64,000 nt of DNA from Sphaerodactylus townsendi. Lineage: Eukaryota. Made by a program: the position numbers and the translations under genes. The stretch lies in NCBI RefSeq assembly GCF_021028975.2, contig NC_059437.1, positions 18,352,001 through 18,416,000 of the forward strand. The letters run 5' to 3'. Positions 49,429-62,301 of the stretch are shown piece by piece. How positions within the stretch are numbered: position 1 is the stretch's first letter; each line of letters opens with the position of its first letter. The notes under the pieces are model-generated. The model was not told the DNA's origin. It saw only the letters and a list, made by a program, of their open reading frames with translations, and ran no database searches.

Positions 49429-50415
49429 ATAGAATCATAAAATCATAGAGTTAGAAGAGACCCCAAGGGCCATCAAGTTCAACCCCCTGCCATGCAGGAA
49501 CAAACAATCAAAGCAATCCTGACATATGATCATCCAGCCTCTGTTTAAAAACCTCCAAAGAAGGAGACTCCACCACTCTCTGAGGCAGTGAATTCCACTG
49601 TTAAACAGCCCTGACAGTCAGAAAGTTCTTCCTAATGTTTAGGTGGAATCTCTTTTCCTGTATTTTGAATCCATTACTCTGTGTCCTAGTCTCTGAGGCA
49701 GCAGAAAACAAGCTTGCTCCCTCTTCGACGTGACATCTCTTCAAATATTTAAACATGGTTATCATGTCCCCCCTTAATCCTTGCTTCTCCAGACTAAACA
49801 CCTCCATCTCCCTAAGTCTCTCTTCATAGGGCATGGATTCCAGAACTTTTACCATTGTTACCCTCCTCTGGACATGTTCCAGCTTCTCAATATCCTTCTT
49901 AAATTGTGATGTCCAGAACTGAACACGGAACTCCAGGTGAGGTGTGATCCATGCAGAGTAGAGTGGTACAATTACTTCCCTCGATCCAGACACTTTACTT
50001 TTATTGATGCATCCCAGAATTGCATTGCCTTTCTTGGCTGCCATATCACACTGCTGGCTCATGTTCAGTTTGTGGTCTACTAAGACTCGCAGATCCCTTT
50101 CACATGTAGTGTTGTCAAGTCATGTGACATCCATCCTATATTTGTGCATTTCATTTTTTTCTGCTTGAGTATAGAATCTTACATTTATCTCTGTTGAAAT
50201 TCATTTTGTTAGTTTTGGCACACTTCTCTAATCTTTCCAGATCATTTTGAATCCTGCCCCTGTCCTCCAGGGTTCTAGCTACTCCTCCTAATTTGATATC
50301 GTCTGCAGATTTGATTAACATGTCCTCTATTTCATTATCTAAGTCACTGATAGAAAATATTGAATAGCACTGGACCCAGGACAGAGTCCTGTGGCACTCC
50401 ACTACTCATTTCTCT
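49429..50415 (-). mobile_element. CR1 LINE ORF2 (RT C-terminal half) and 3' UTR
   Basis: LIKSADDIKLGG...IQNDLERLE...MNFNRDKCK; SQQCDMAAKKGNAILGCI...PLYSA..PHLE...YEERLRE; (ATTCTATG)-type tail. Confidence 0.97.
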
Positions 50416-50739
50416 AGTATAGATTGTACCTATCAATTATTATATTCCAATCATGAGATTCATCCCACCAGGTTTCAGTGATTCCCATTATATCGTATTT
50501 ATTATGCCATGTTAAGAGTTCCAGTTCATCCTCTTTATTACCCATGCTTTGTGCACTAGTGTAGAGACATTTAAGACTTTGGTTCATGCCTTTTGGGTGC
50601 TTATTTAAGGTTTAATCCCCCCACTGCTGCGTTTTTGAACTATTTGCTCAATTCTCTCTATAACCTTCAGCCTATTCTCTCTAGTGCTAGGTGAACTCCT
50701 TCACACTTGAATATTGTTTCCCTCCCCCACTTCTCTCAG

Positions 50740-51070
50740 TTTAAAGCTCTCCTGATAAGGTTTGTCAGTCTCCTAGCAAAAATGCTCTTCCTACAGCTGT
50801 AAGGTGTAACCCATCCCTTGCTGGTAGTCCCTCTTCATGAAACCACAGACCATGGTCCGAGAAGCCAAAGCGGTTCTGGCAGCACCACCTGTGAAGTCAA
50901 TTATTCACCTCCACTATTCTTCTTTCCCACCTGGGCCATGTCCTTCAACTGGAAGCAGAGACGAAATGACAAGCTGTGCATCCAGTTCCTTCAGCTTCTT
51001 TCTGAGAGCCTCAAAATCCTTTCTGATGTCCCAAAAGCTACGTCTAGCAGTGTCATTTGTTCCAGTGTTT
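50740..51070 (-). mobile_element. CR1 ORF1 SGNH-esterase domain relic
   Basis: GTNDTARR..IRKDFEALRKKLKELDAQLVISSLLPV...HRWCC..FGFSDHG..F...RDGLHLT...LIRRALN (GxND and DxxH motifs). Confidence 0.9.
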
Positions 51071-51829
51071 ATATTGTGTGGGTATGTCAGTTGGCTATCT
51101 TACTTGCAGTGAGCTAATGTTGTAATTTATTGTCGAATGTTGTAATGTTACAAGACTTGAATCCAAGTTGCTCGAAATGCATTGGCACATTGGTCTTAAA
51201 CATGTGGTTTTGTTGAGTGTACATGTGATTAATGTCATGTAGGAGACATTAGGTACTAGTGTATAATTCATAGGACAGTATAATTCATAGGGCATGTGGT
51301 TAAATATGTCTCCTCTCTGAAGGTACATGAATGTGAAAGATCACTTTTATGAACTGCATCGATAGAGCCATCCACTGCTAAGTGTTGATTCTCATAGTCA
51401 CATTAGCCAAAATAAATCCTAAATCCACAGAAGAGGTTGATGAATATGTCCTTTTCCTCTCCATTTTGTTTCTGTATGTTCTCACTTTGAGCAGTTTTGG
51501 ACTGCCAGTTTTTGCTGTTGCTTTTAATTGTTTATGCATTTTTAGATAATGTATACACAATTATATACAGTATTGATATGTTTAGTGTACATAATTTATA
51601 CATACGATTTTTGATTGACACACAACACAGAAAATGGTACATTTTATGGGGAAATGGTCTGTGGAAATAGAAGGTGATGGAAAAACAAACAAACAAAAAA
51701 CATCACAGTTTTGATTTGTGCAAGGGAGAAGCCAAATTGAAAGGGAGATATTCAAATCAAACCAGTGAGATTATGGATCAAAAGAGTATCCCTATTTGGT
51801 GGGACCCATTTCAATGTGAATTTGTCCGA

Positions 51830-52101
51830 TGAAGAGTTTAGATTTAACCCCACTTTTCTCAACTGTAAAGAGCCTCAAAGCACTTTCCCTTCCTCTCCCC
51901 ACCACAGACACTTTGTGAGGTAGGTGGGACTGAGAGAGTTCAGAAAGAACTGTGACCAGCCCAAGGTCACCCAGCAGGCTTCATGTGGAGGAGTGAGGAA
52001 ACAACCCTGGTTCATCAGATTAGAGTTCACTGCTCATGTGGAAGAGTGGGAATCAAACCTAGTTCTCCAGATTAGAGTATGCCACTCTTAACCACACCAT
52101 G
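51830..52101 (-). mobile_element. Squam3-like SINE
   Basis: GAAGAGTTTAGATTTA tail; two CAGATTAGAGT units; TTAACCACACCAT head. Confidence 0.9.
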
Positions 52102-53159
52102 TAGAACTGCATGCATTGCTCGAATGTTGACTTCTCTTTTTTAAAAAATGTGGGAACAGGTCACATAAATAGACCGGCACAAATGCACTGTTGCTCACTT
52201 ATTCTCCATTAGCAAGGTGAAGGATGTCAGTATTAAATTTCACATGCAGAATATGCTGTAGTAGCCATTCTCCTCCCTTTAGTTCCCTAGGTCCCATCAT
52301 AGTATGCCTCCTACCAAACATAATTCTTTCTTGATATGTTCATTAGGAAAAATGTCATAATTTTTATGATGGATAAATCTGTGTCAGCAGAATGAAAAGG
52401 ATTCTGAATGTTAATATTTACCCTGCACCTGGCCCCAGTCTGTACCTAATGTTCAGTTTTCTGTCCCACTTGTCCAATCAAGGACCAAGGTTATGTTTTT
52501 AATGACATGCTGGAATATAATTTGGCAATTAGCCTGTCGTATCCCTCCAGAGTTTTTGCTAAATGAAGCTCTTTGAACACTTCAAAATTACAACTTAGCA
52601 TGGCCACAGAATACATAAGGATAGCAAGAAATGAGACCTTGATACAAGGAAGATACAAGAATAAGCCATTTACTGCTCTTGGTGCAGAAAATGATTTTTC
52701 CCTTGTGCATTTTAAACAACGTTGTCCAATTCTTGTTCATATTTGATCACTTTTTTTCACAAGTGGCATCCACTTCATTGGCACAAGGAGAAACAGAGCA
52801 TAGTAAACTGCTGATATTACAGAAAAAGAGTAAAGCAACTCAGTTTTTTTTTTTAAAAAATGGAAATATCTTCACAATGCACATTTAAAGACTATTTCCT
52901 GGAAATAAAATCCATTGAGTAGACCTCAGTAGTATTCTGAGTGCATCTGTTTGGATTTACTTTCTTGATTGGGTATAGCCAATGAGCATTGTGCTGTACA
53001 GAGCACTTTGAGGAGTTTATAATCCCAAATGTTGTCAAGGGATAGAAAATATATGAAAGGAGATAGAAGAGCATAGCAAGTATAGCAGGGGGAAATGCAG
53101 TTTGTTTTTAAAGAGAGGCATAACGTATACTACCGCTTAAGTTCATTCTTATCTTAGAA

Positions 53160-54176
53160 CTAGCGGGACCCGGCCACGCGTTGCTGTGGCAATTGTCCTT
53201 CTCATCACAGTCCGCAACCCACACAGATATCCATGCAGGTCCAATGATCCGCAGCATAGCCTTTTGGGGTGGTCAAATAGAATCCCTCTTTCCCTTTTCA
53301 ATTCACATTGTTATATGGTGCTGTCTTGTTCTTTTAGTATAAGGTAACCCTTTCCATTCTACAATGGAACTGTCCAGAGTGCGAATCCCGCTGTCCATGA
53401 GGCTGGTTGACATGCACAGTCCTGGCTTGGGTAAGGCAGAACTGGGGCAAGCAGGCTATCCCAGTCAGGCAGCAGAGGCAGGGTGATGAGGCACTCAGAT
53501 CGAGGCCACCTCCCTGGGTTCGTAAAGGGCCACATGCAAAAGAAGCAGAGCCAGTAGTGTTGGTTCGCCCCCACCCCATGGATTTTCTTAGAAGAAAAAG
53601 GCAAACTCCAGCTCTTTTAGTAAAAGAGAGCTGTGGCGAATGTGGGTGAGGAAGTGGGTAAGTGGTGGTTGGATGTGAGAGAGGGCAGAGTGAGGTGTGT
53701 GAGGATGAGCTGGATATGTATGAGAGTATGTGTGTTGTGTGGTAGTAGTGGGTGAGGCACAGAGAGTGAAAATTACCTGCGTGTGAGGGGGGGGGACCCC
53801 AGCTGACATCTCACACGGCAAAGTGTGTATGTGTTTCACTTCCACTCATATTACCTAACACTATTACCTATTTACTGTTTTCAATGCTCATCTGTGACCA
53901 TCTGCACGAACATTGTAAGGGCATACCAACCCCTCAAGCCAAAGACATGCTGCATGAACATTTTAAGGGTGACAGTTAAGCACAGCCAGTTTTATGGCCT
54001 GGTGCGCCAGGAAATAGACATTTTACCTGGCTCAGGTATTGAATTTCAGCAATGTGAATATCCAAAAACCTGCCCGCATTGGAAAGGCACATTGAGTGAA
54101 AATTTGAAAACAATCCGTCCAGTGGTTTCAGAGTTAGAGCATGACTCATAAACGGACGGTTTGCTTTTTATATAGA
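53160..54176 (-). mobile_element. Non-autonomous Helitron, ~1017 bp
   Basis: Minus strand starts A|TCTATAT (54176) and ends with the GCCAC..GTGGC hairpin (53173-53190), 9 nt, then CTAG|T; no TSD. Confidence 0.85.
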
Positions 54177-54183
54177 TAGAAGA

Positions 54184-54742
54184 TGTTATGAGCCTAAAGG
54201 GTTAATGGAGACTGCAGCCTGATTGGCTGGACAGAATTGCTGGACATTCTTAGCCTGAAGGCAGTTGGTGCTGAGGGAGAACTGTTGGGAATGCCAGAGT
54301 GGGTTATTCTATCATTGATCTTGCTCTGAGGGCCAGATCTGTGAGAGCTGGGCAACTGGAGCAAGGGCCAATACGTGCAGATTTCTGTGAAGTAATCTGT
54401 GCCAAGGTCTTGTAGGTAGCTATTACACAGAACCTCTAATTAATCACACTGGTGACTTGGTTTTGAACTCAGTCAGATATGGAACAGTTAAGCTCTTGAG
54501 GGTTGAGGAGGTACAACTAGAGAAAGGATAAAGTTTTCTAGACGAAAACCACAAGTACTTATCTGGTAAGCACTGTGTGAAGTAGACAGGGAGATAGTCT
54601 AGGAGTCACTGTTTTAGGGCCTATGTTTGTTAACACTTAACTAAAGTGAGCAATTAAGTCTTGTCATCACTATAATTGGAGGTCACCAAACTATAGAAGA
54701 AATACCTCCTGAGGATTAGGATAGTTTTTTCCCCTCATAACA
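54184..54742. mobile_element. Probable solo LTR (Gypsy-like)
   Basis: 9-bp terminal inverted repeat TGTTATGAG / CTCATAACA; CTGATTGG (CCAAT) near the start; TSD not seen. Confidence 0.5.
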
Positions 54743-56137
54743 AACTTGAAAGCACTTTAAAGATACTGAAACATTTTGTAAACAAGTATCTTCTCTGAAT
54801 TAGCTTCTTGTATATAATTAATGTGATTCTTGGCTTAAAACCCTTCCTGAGTTACTTCAGTTTCCTTGTGAATAGGTTTCTTTGTTTTAATTTCATCAGC
54901 ACAGTCCAAAATTCATCAAGATGTGGACTCTCCCATCTCATAAAATAATTCCCAACAACATTCTCCATGCCTGGAAATGGAACTTTACATTGTTCCAAGA
55001 AATCACCCCTCTTATTGCCAGAGGATGGATTTTTCCTATAATTAGAGCACCAGAATCCATCGTTCTTGGCACTTGAACTTCCTCCTTGCAACCAACTGCT
55101 CTCAATGAGAAATGCTGGCCATTTCTCTTGCTCTTTCTTTTGTACCTCTTCTTTTCTGGAATGGTAATTATCACCCTCTCAATACCCTGACATATTCCTG
55201 TTATTGCTCATTCCTTTATTTCTTAGGCCTGTTAATTCTGTGGGCAGGTGTAATTTTATTATTTTGATTCCTTAATCAAATTGTAATTTATTTTCCTTCA
55301 ATCCTAGTTTTGAGTGGTTTTCTTGGGGAAACTATCTTTGTACACACAGGTGAAGATCTTTTACCAACCTCTCACATATTCAGTCCACCTCTAGTTAATT
55401 CCCCCACTATTCCAAGAGGCAGACCTGACCAATTCAGGTAGAGGACTGAGTCCAAAATTAAAATGAGCAAGACGTAGCAGGCTGTGGGGGGTAAAGATAG
55501 GGAGACTGTGCTGAATCTCAAACATGTTAAGAAGTTAGAATTGTGATTCTTGGTTTATAATTTCTGTTTTCAAATCCATCCGGCAGCAGTCAATTGAATG
55601 ATGGGAAGATATGAGCACTAAGAGAGGCTGCTGGAAATTTGACTTCATTACATATGAAAACCCAGTCAATAAACTATATGACTGAGCAATCATTTGAACT
55701 TATATCTTCCACATCCAATGCAAACACTTTCAACTGGTGTGCTCCTTGAGAATTGCACTTCTATATTTGTAAACTTTAATTAAATTCCAAGATGTTTAAA
55801 GCTTGTGGTGAATTTATGTTCTTCTCAAACATAGAACTGAACTTTGAAATGTATGAACAGGAATAAGAACTTATGAAAGAACTTATGAAATACGAATGAC
55901 GTGCCTGTGCTACTTATGAGCAGTTGGCGTATAGTGGTCATGGGAAATACATTTTAAGTCTGCATGTGAGTGCCGTTGGGGTCTTTTAAGACTAAATGGG
56001 ACATCTCATATACAGCCAGGGATTAGTTTGTGTTATATGTGGGAACATACCAGAAAATTACGGGTGATCAATATTCCCTATTTCATTGTGGTTTATATTT
56101 GCTTGCATTTTGTCATTTTTATTTCTTTGCTGTTGCT

Positions 56138-56730
56138 TTTAGTTTAGTTTAGTTTATTAGTTTCATAAACCACCCTCCCCCTAGGGGCTCAGAGTGGTGA
56201 ACAGCAATTTTAAAACATACATTAAAACACAGTATAAAATTTCAGTATACTTGATAAAACCAGAACCATAAAAATGCAGATGGCGTCATGCTTCTCTCCC
56301 CTCCCCACCCTCATGCCCGTGGGAGGCCAGATGGAATGGTAGATGTGCCTAACCAGGCTGACAAAATGCCTGGCAGAACAGGTCTGTCTTGCAGGGCCCT
56401 GATGTCCTTGGGGAGCCTGTCCCACCATTAACCCACAATATACCACCTGTTGTAATGGAAAGAAGTAAAAGAACGAGATGTTTGGACAAAGGACTATGTT
56501 TGGAGTTAAAAAAAATTAAAAGGGGGAAATGTGGTATAGTGCATATGACCCCTTAAGAGATTAGTATTTAAGGACATGTAAGGAAGGGGAATGCATGCAG
56601 CTAGAGTGTTTTATAGAGTGCTTGACCGAACTTGAATAAAGTTGGATTACAAGGTTTGGAGGATTTGCTGTAAAGACATAACAGTAGGGGCCAGGGCTGA
56701 GAAGGCCCTTGTAGAGGCCAGCCTGACCAG
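56138..56730 (-). mobile_element. L2-like LINE 3' fragment interrupted at ~56427-56683
   Basis: (TTTAG)n tail, CCACCCTCCCC..GGCTCAGAGTGGTGAACA; GCCTGGCAGAACAG...TCCCACCA resumes as GTAGGGGCCAGGGCTGAGAAGGCCC. Confidence 0.55.
56448..56683 (+). mobile_element. Possible short LTR inserted in the L2
   Basis: TGTTG...TAACA termini, TATTTAA box, AATAAA ~45 bp before the end. Confidence 0.3.
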
Positions 56731-56964
56731 TTTTAGAAAATTAATTATGTTATACATGCAATTCCAATGTTCATGAATATAATTAATACCACTGTTTTTT
56801 ATTTTATGTATTTATTAGAACATTTCTGTGTCACTTAGGGAACCACAAGCAGCTGGCAGAACAATCTAAATCTCACATGATTTGAGCAAGTAAGATAAAA
56901 AAAAATAAACAGGTCTTGGTAGGCCTACCCCCAGCTCTAGTCTAAGGGCCAACAGTCTTGCACC

Positions 56965-57143
56965 TAGAATCATTGAGTTGAAAGGGGCCATACAGACTAT
57001 CTAGTTCAACCCACTGCTCAATGCAGGATCAGTCTAAAGCATCCCTGACAAGTGTTTGTCCAGCCACTGCTTGAAGGCTGCTGATGAAGGAGAGCCTATG
57101 TCCTCCCTAAGCAGCTGATTCCACTGCTGAACAATTTTTACTG
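56965..57143 (-). mobile_element. CR1 LINE 3' end
   Basis: TAGAATCATTGAGTTGAAAGGGGCCA...CTAGTTCAACCC...TTCCACTGCTGAACA. Confidence 0.85.
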
Positions 57144-57959
57144 ATTTTCCTCTCTAATGCCTCTGGCTCCTCTCAGACTAAGCATCTGGAAAGATATAAG
57201 AATACTCAGTGCAGATGTAACTTAGCTGCCAGCAAGCTGGCACAATCTTTGTCAGTTTCTTTTCTTCCACCACGGATGGACGGATAACATTGGGGAAAAA
57301 TGGAGGAGAGTGGGTGGGTAAAGAAGAAAATAATTCATAGGTTTGATTTGCACAAAGCAGAGGCAAAGTCAGACTTGAATTTTGAAGCTGCAGAGTTGTG
57401 ATGGGCAAAATACATGGAAAAGATTAGGATCTTATACGTGAGGACAGATGTCCATGAGCAACTCCACCCAAGTCTGGAACCTAGTATGTGTAGGCTTTCC
57501 TTCCAGCTTTTGCAGCCTCTTAAAACCCTCCAGACTAATACTAGCTGTACTGTGGCCACTAAAAAGCTGGATCAGATACATTGATCTCACAAAGCTGACA
57601 GCTGAGGCCAGTTCTAACTTTACTATTGTCATTAAAAACCAGCTCTGGTACATGAGCCTCACAAAGCAAATGGCTCTAGAGATTTCCTCTATACGCAAAC
57701 CCATGATTGGTTCCTAGGGCAGTCTTTGTCCACCCTGGAAATTATGATGGAGCCATCTAAGTTGCAAAGATGCAACTTAAAATTACAGATAACTTCATCT
57801 TTCTCTCCTACAACCAATCTTCTCTAGATTTTGACTAAGGTGGGCAAAAGTTCTGTAGAAATATATTTGGATCATCAAGTCAGTTTTTATTGTCTACCCT
57901 ACATGTGGCACAACTATTCCCTTACCTTGATGGTAACAAGGTGACCCATTCTTTCTCGC

Positions 57960-58620
57960 TATAAAACTTTTAGCACTTCATTTTATTGAGTCCTAACGAA
58001 CACACAAAGCAGTATCTGTGCTTTGAGCCCTGTGGAGCTGTTAAGTAGCTATCGCTCCCACTAGTCCAGAAAGAAAGCGAATGAAAGCTGAGGTTCATTA
58101 AGAAACTTTGAATTTGAAGGATGCTCAATTGGAAAAGAAACATTAGGACACCCCATAATGAGTTAAAGGCAAATGAGATTATTGGAATTATGTTACCTAT
58201 AAAGAGCTGCACAGAGGCTGCAGACTTCACAGAAATGTAACATTTCAACGCACGGTTATATTTCATAGCTAGTTACCAAAATCCCTGCTGAAAAATATGC
58301 ATTAATAAAGCGGAATAAATGCCACTCTATACATCTCATCATGATACCTCATATGTCCTTAACGTTCTCTTTTTTCCTTCAGGCAATTTTTATTTGGAAG
58401 TGAAATGACAATCAGAAGGCATTGATGAGATAGCTTGTCTTCCCCCTCAAGCTTAATCTAATATTGAGTGTTCTCTCCACCTCCCCCAATTTCTATTATC
58501 AAAGTCATAATGTTGCCTTAATCCAAATGACAAAGTGCTGCTCCAAACGACCCAATCTATTTCAGGACATTATTGGTAAGAATTAACAAAATCGTGGCAC
58601 ATTTGTTGAGGGTGTGAATG
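57960..58620. promoter_or_regulatory. Candidate conserved non-coding block
   Basis: Repeat-free; homeodomain/POU-like ATGCATTAAT and CATAATGAG motifs; scattered CpGs retained. Confidence 0.25.
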
Positions 58621-60200
58621 CCGAGGTAGATTTGTGTTTTGTTGAGTGGGTTGTAAAATGAATGTAAGGAAAATTTGCAAAAGAATTAATGACCTGGATC
58701 AGAAAAAAAAATACAGATTTTGATGCATAGTTGAGGAAGCTTTGAATCTCAGCCTGTGAGCCCCAAGGGACTTAACTCCCCTTGGAATCAATGGAGCATG
58801 AGTAATTTGACCAACTCAGCTAGACAGAGAGATAAGGGATTTAAGGAAATTAAGAGCCTAACTTTATATTACCTTATCCTCACACACTGCCTGAGTGTAC
58901 CACAAGGACTTTCAAATAGATGTGCCTTAAAAGTTCCATGTAGGAAGTAGTGTCCAGGCATGAGTGAGCCCAGTTCAAACTGGGGCCATGACATGCAGAA
59001 AGAATGATATCTTTTCCAAACCTGATATGGCTCCAGGAAGCTACTATTTGCCCTCCTGGAAAAATCTGTACATGTAAATTTCCCCAAAGGGGCAAATAGT
59101 TGCTCCTTATCACTTGAAGACTTGAGACCGCATGTGGCGTGGGATCAGAAATGGGCCCCCACATATGGAAACTGAGTTTCCAGGAAAGAACTCAAAAGAG
59201 AGCATATTTGTACATCCCTATCCTGACAGAGGGCAATATGCAGCATCTTTTGATCTTCTTCAGCACCTAGAGGTGTGAAGATAAGATGAACTGGGGAACA
59301 GAACAAAAAGCTATTTTTAAAACACCTTTCTGCAGCTTGTATCTCCCCCATTTCCAATCTTGTCAGTTCCCAAGTAGCATTATCTTTCCAAGCAATATTC
59401 AGCAGAAAACAGAATGGGGAGGGAGTCTTGAATCTTTGTTAACCACCTCATGGAAACAACATGAAGCTTTTCATAATGAGAACCAGTGAATGCAATAGTG
59501 TAGTTACCACTATAAAGCTATAACATGAAATTTTAGTTGCTCATTCAATATTTCATAGCCCAAGGCTACTTGGCAAGCTGAGAATTGCACCCATGCCTAC
59601 TGAAGAAATGTGATTGAATATGGAATTTGGGAAACATTTCTTTGCCTGAAATCAATTCACTTCCTTTTTCAGAACATGTTCAAATCTTCAATGTTTGTAG
59701 ATTTTTGTTTAATAAGCTAGAATGAGTGCTGGTGCTCATCTTCTCAAACAAAGCTGACGAAGGCCTTGCAACATATATTCCACACCATCATTACAGCCAG
59801 GTTCTTGCAAAACAGTGTTGCATGTTTTTTTTTTATTAAGAGACAACTTGTAGCAGTTAGTTGCATATATGAGAAACAGACAGACCGACAGATGGAGACA
59901 GGGAAGCCTGCAGGGCCTTTGCTTCAGCTAATAGAAATTTCATAGTAATGTTGAGCAGTCCAGGCTCTGGATCAGCTCTTTCCCAAGAAGCTTCAAGCAA
60001 TGTATTAAATATTTATTAGAAGAGAAGCAAATCAGAAAACTGCCTTCCCTGTCCAGAGGACTAATAGAGTTTCTAAATACATAATCATGAATACTTCTCT
60101 TTAAGCCAAAGCTTGATGCAACTCATCTCAGAAGTGTAAGTCAGTAGCATAAGACAGATCAGTTTTACTCCTGCAGATACCACATGGGTAAAATAACAAT

Positions 60201-60512
60201 GGCCCTTTCCCCACTTACCTTAAGCCCCACGCTACTCTCCGCAAGTAGCGCGGGGTCCCACTGCACTCCCCACGTCCCATGAGGCGGCAACAAGCGCCCA
60301 GCTGCCAGCGCTGCTTTCACTCTTGTGCCCTGCTAAACTCGCTGGCATCCCACTGAAGCTGAGTGAAAGCCGAGCGCCTTTGGATGACCCAGCGCAGAAG
60401 CTGATAGGGGCCTTACCGGACTATAACGCGCAGCCAGGATGGCGCTGCAATGGCTCAGGAGCCAGCGCTTGGCCACAGCGACAGCGGCAGCAGGAGAAGT
60501 GGGGAAAGGCCC
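60201..60512. mobile_element. PIF/Harbinger-type MITE, copy 3
   Basis: TIR GGCCCTTTCCCCACT / AGTGGGGAAAGGCCC; first ~60 bp homologous to copy 1. Confidence 0.85.
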
Positions 60513-60536
60513 CTTAACAACAATAATAACAATAAC

Positions 60537-60943
60537 AATCATACACCAGACATCACCGTGATCGAGGACAAAAAAGTGACCATCATCGACATGGCAATAC
60601 CCAGTGACAACAGGGTCACTGAAAAAAAACCCTGAGAAGGTCACTGAATACCACGATTTGAAAATCAAGCTTCAGCATCTATGGCATAAACCAGTTGAGG
60701 TCGTCCCAGTGGTAATCAGCACCCTGGGCGCCATCCTGAAAACACTAGGACAGCACTTGAAACATCTTCAAATCGACAAAATTAGTATCTGTCAGATTCA
60801 GAAGGCTGCCCTACTGGAATCCACACGAATACTACGTTGATACATTACAACTTCCTACCTAGGCCATTGGATGAGGCTCGAATTGTAATGAGAGGTCAGC
60901 AATCAGCTAAAAAAACTGACAGCTATGATATCAAAGATAATAA
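60537..60943 (+). mobile_element. Dong/R4-clade non-LTR retrotransposon 3' end (restriction-like endonuclease)
   Basis: NHTPDITVIEDKKVTIIDMAIPSDNRVTEK, frameshift in an A run, EKVTEYHDL...LW..VEVVPVVISTLGAI...IQKAALLESTRILR; flanked by AAT/AAC repeats. Confidence 0.9.
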
Positions 60944-61183
60944 CTCCATTAATTTTTTTAGAGAAGAAGTGAATGGTGTCAACTAGACTATAAGGAAGTG
61001 TTATTTGCTCTCAAGACATGTGGTATCTGATTTCAAAATGTGGGAATCTTGGAGGGGATCACATCACAGTCCTTCACAAGTTCTAACCGATAGGCCATTT
61101 CTCAAATGCAGATCTCATTTCTTCCTCACTGATGTGCATTAAAGAGGTTGCCAAATTTTATTTAACTAGGTAAGTACATAAAT

Positions 61184-61440
61184 TAAAGATAATCCCCTGT
61201 GCAAGGACTGGGTTGTTAATGACCCCCAGGGTAATGTCATATCACAATGTATACTAGGCAGATGATGTTTATGAGGTGGTTTGCCATTGCCTTCCCCAGT
61301 CATGTACACTAACTGATCTCAGAAGAATGGAAAGGTGAGTCAACCTTGATCTAGCTACCTGAAACTGATTTCTGGTCTGATCAAAATCAAATTATGAGAA
61401 GATATCTGACTGCAGCACTGCAGCTTACCATTCCATTTTG
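61184..61440 (-). mobile_element. Sauria SINE (Squam1)
   Basis: TCCCCTGTGCAAG...GGTGGTTTGCCATTGCCTTCCCCAGTCA...GAATGGAAAGGTGAGTCAACCTTGA...GACTGCAGCACTGCAGCTTA. Confidence 0.85.
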
Positions 61441-61790
61441 CACATTAATTTCAAGTTTATTTTATGGGTTCTCCACTTTGGTTATAAATTTGGACATTCT
61501 TTTCCCCAGCCACATCAACAATGTCTGGCAGAAATATTTTCATCAAATATATCCTGTTCTTGCACAACCAGTGCCTATGAATGACATTAAAATGGTAGTT
61601 CAAGGCATATCAGTGTTGTAAATTAGCATCTAAAAGACCATCAGAGAAACAATGGGAAATCGGAAAGCAAAAAAGATAAAAACTAAGAATTAAAAAAGGA
61701 ATAAAAACATGTACATTCATATTAACCTAAGATATTTAAAATGTATAGCTTATTCCAGCCTTGTAATTATTATGACATTTGGTCCATTAT

Positions 61791-62301
61791 CAACCATGTG
61801 GCTACCACAGGAGAGCAGCGTCATGCCCTGGATGCCCACTTTTGGGGTCATGTAGGGGGCAGAAAATCTCCCCAACACCCCTCCCCTTCCCCTTCCCCCC
61901 ACCTGGTGAGGCCACTGCTGGACACCCCTGCCTGACCCTGCCCCAACAGCTGTGCCCCAGGACCCCAAGCAGACTGGCAGGGCCTAGCTGTGGTGCTCAG
62001 CAGCCACCCAGCCAGGCTGCTTTTTCAGCCAGCTGAACTAAGGTAAGTGGAGGGGCCCTGTGGGGGGGCACAAGAGGTGGGCCCCACCCCCCATACTCCC
62101 CTCCCCATTTACCTTAGTTCAGCTGGCGGCCCAGCCAGGCTACTGTTTAAGCCAGCTGCTCTTTGCAGCCAGCTGAACTAAAGTAAGTGGGGGTGAAAGG
62201 ATGAAGGGGGGCTTGGGGGCACAATGAGAGTGGGTCCTCACTGGGGGAGAGGCCCAGGCACCATTTTGCCCTGGTCACCATTTACCCCTTTTACGCCACT
62301 G
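61791..62301. mobile_element. hAT (Tip100-like) non-autonomous element
   Basis: Right end TACGCCACTG; imperfect 8-bp TSD TCCATTAT / CTCATTAT; internal CAGCTGAACTAAGGTAAGTGG unit three times (direct, inverted, direct). Confidence 0.6.

Noticed and set aside
53334-53579. Helitron helicase remnant (PHGQ resembling SHGQLYVA)
   Set aside because: Only three residues match and the flanking motif is absent.
59752-59785. CTGACGAAGGCC as a hammerhead core (also CTGATGA near 24434 and 41120)
   Set aside because: No closing stem II, GAAA or stem I.
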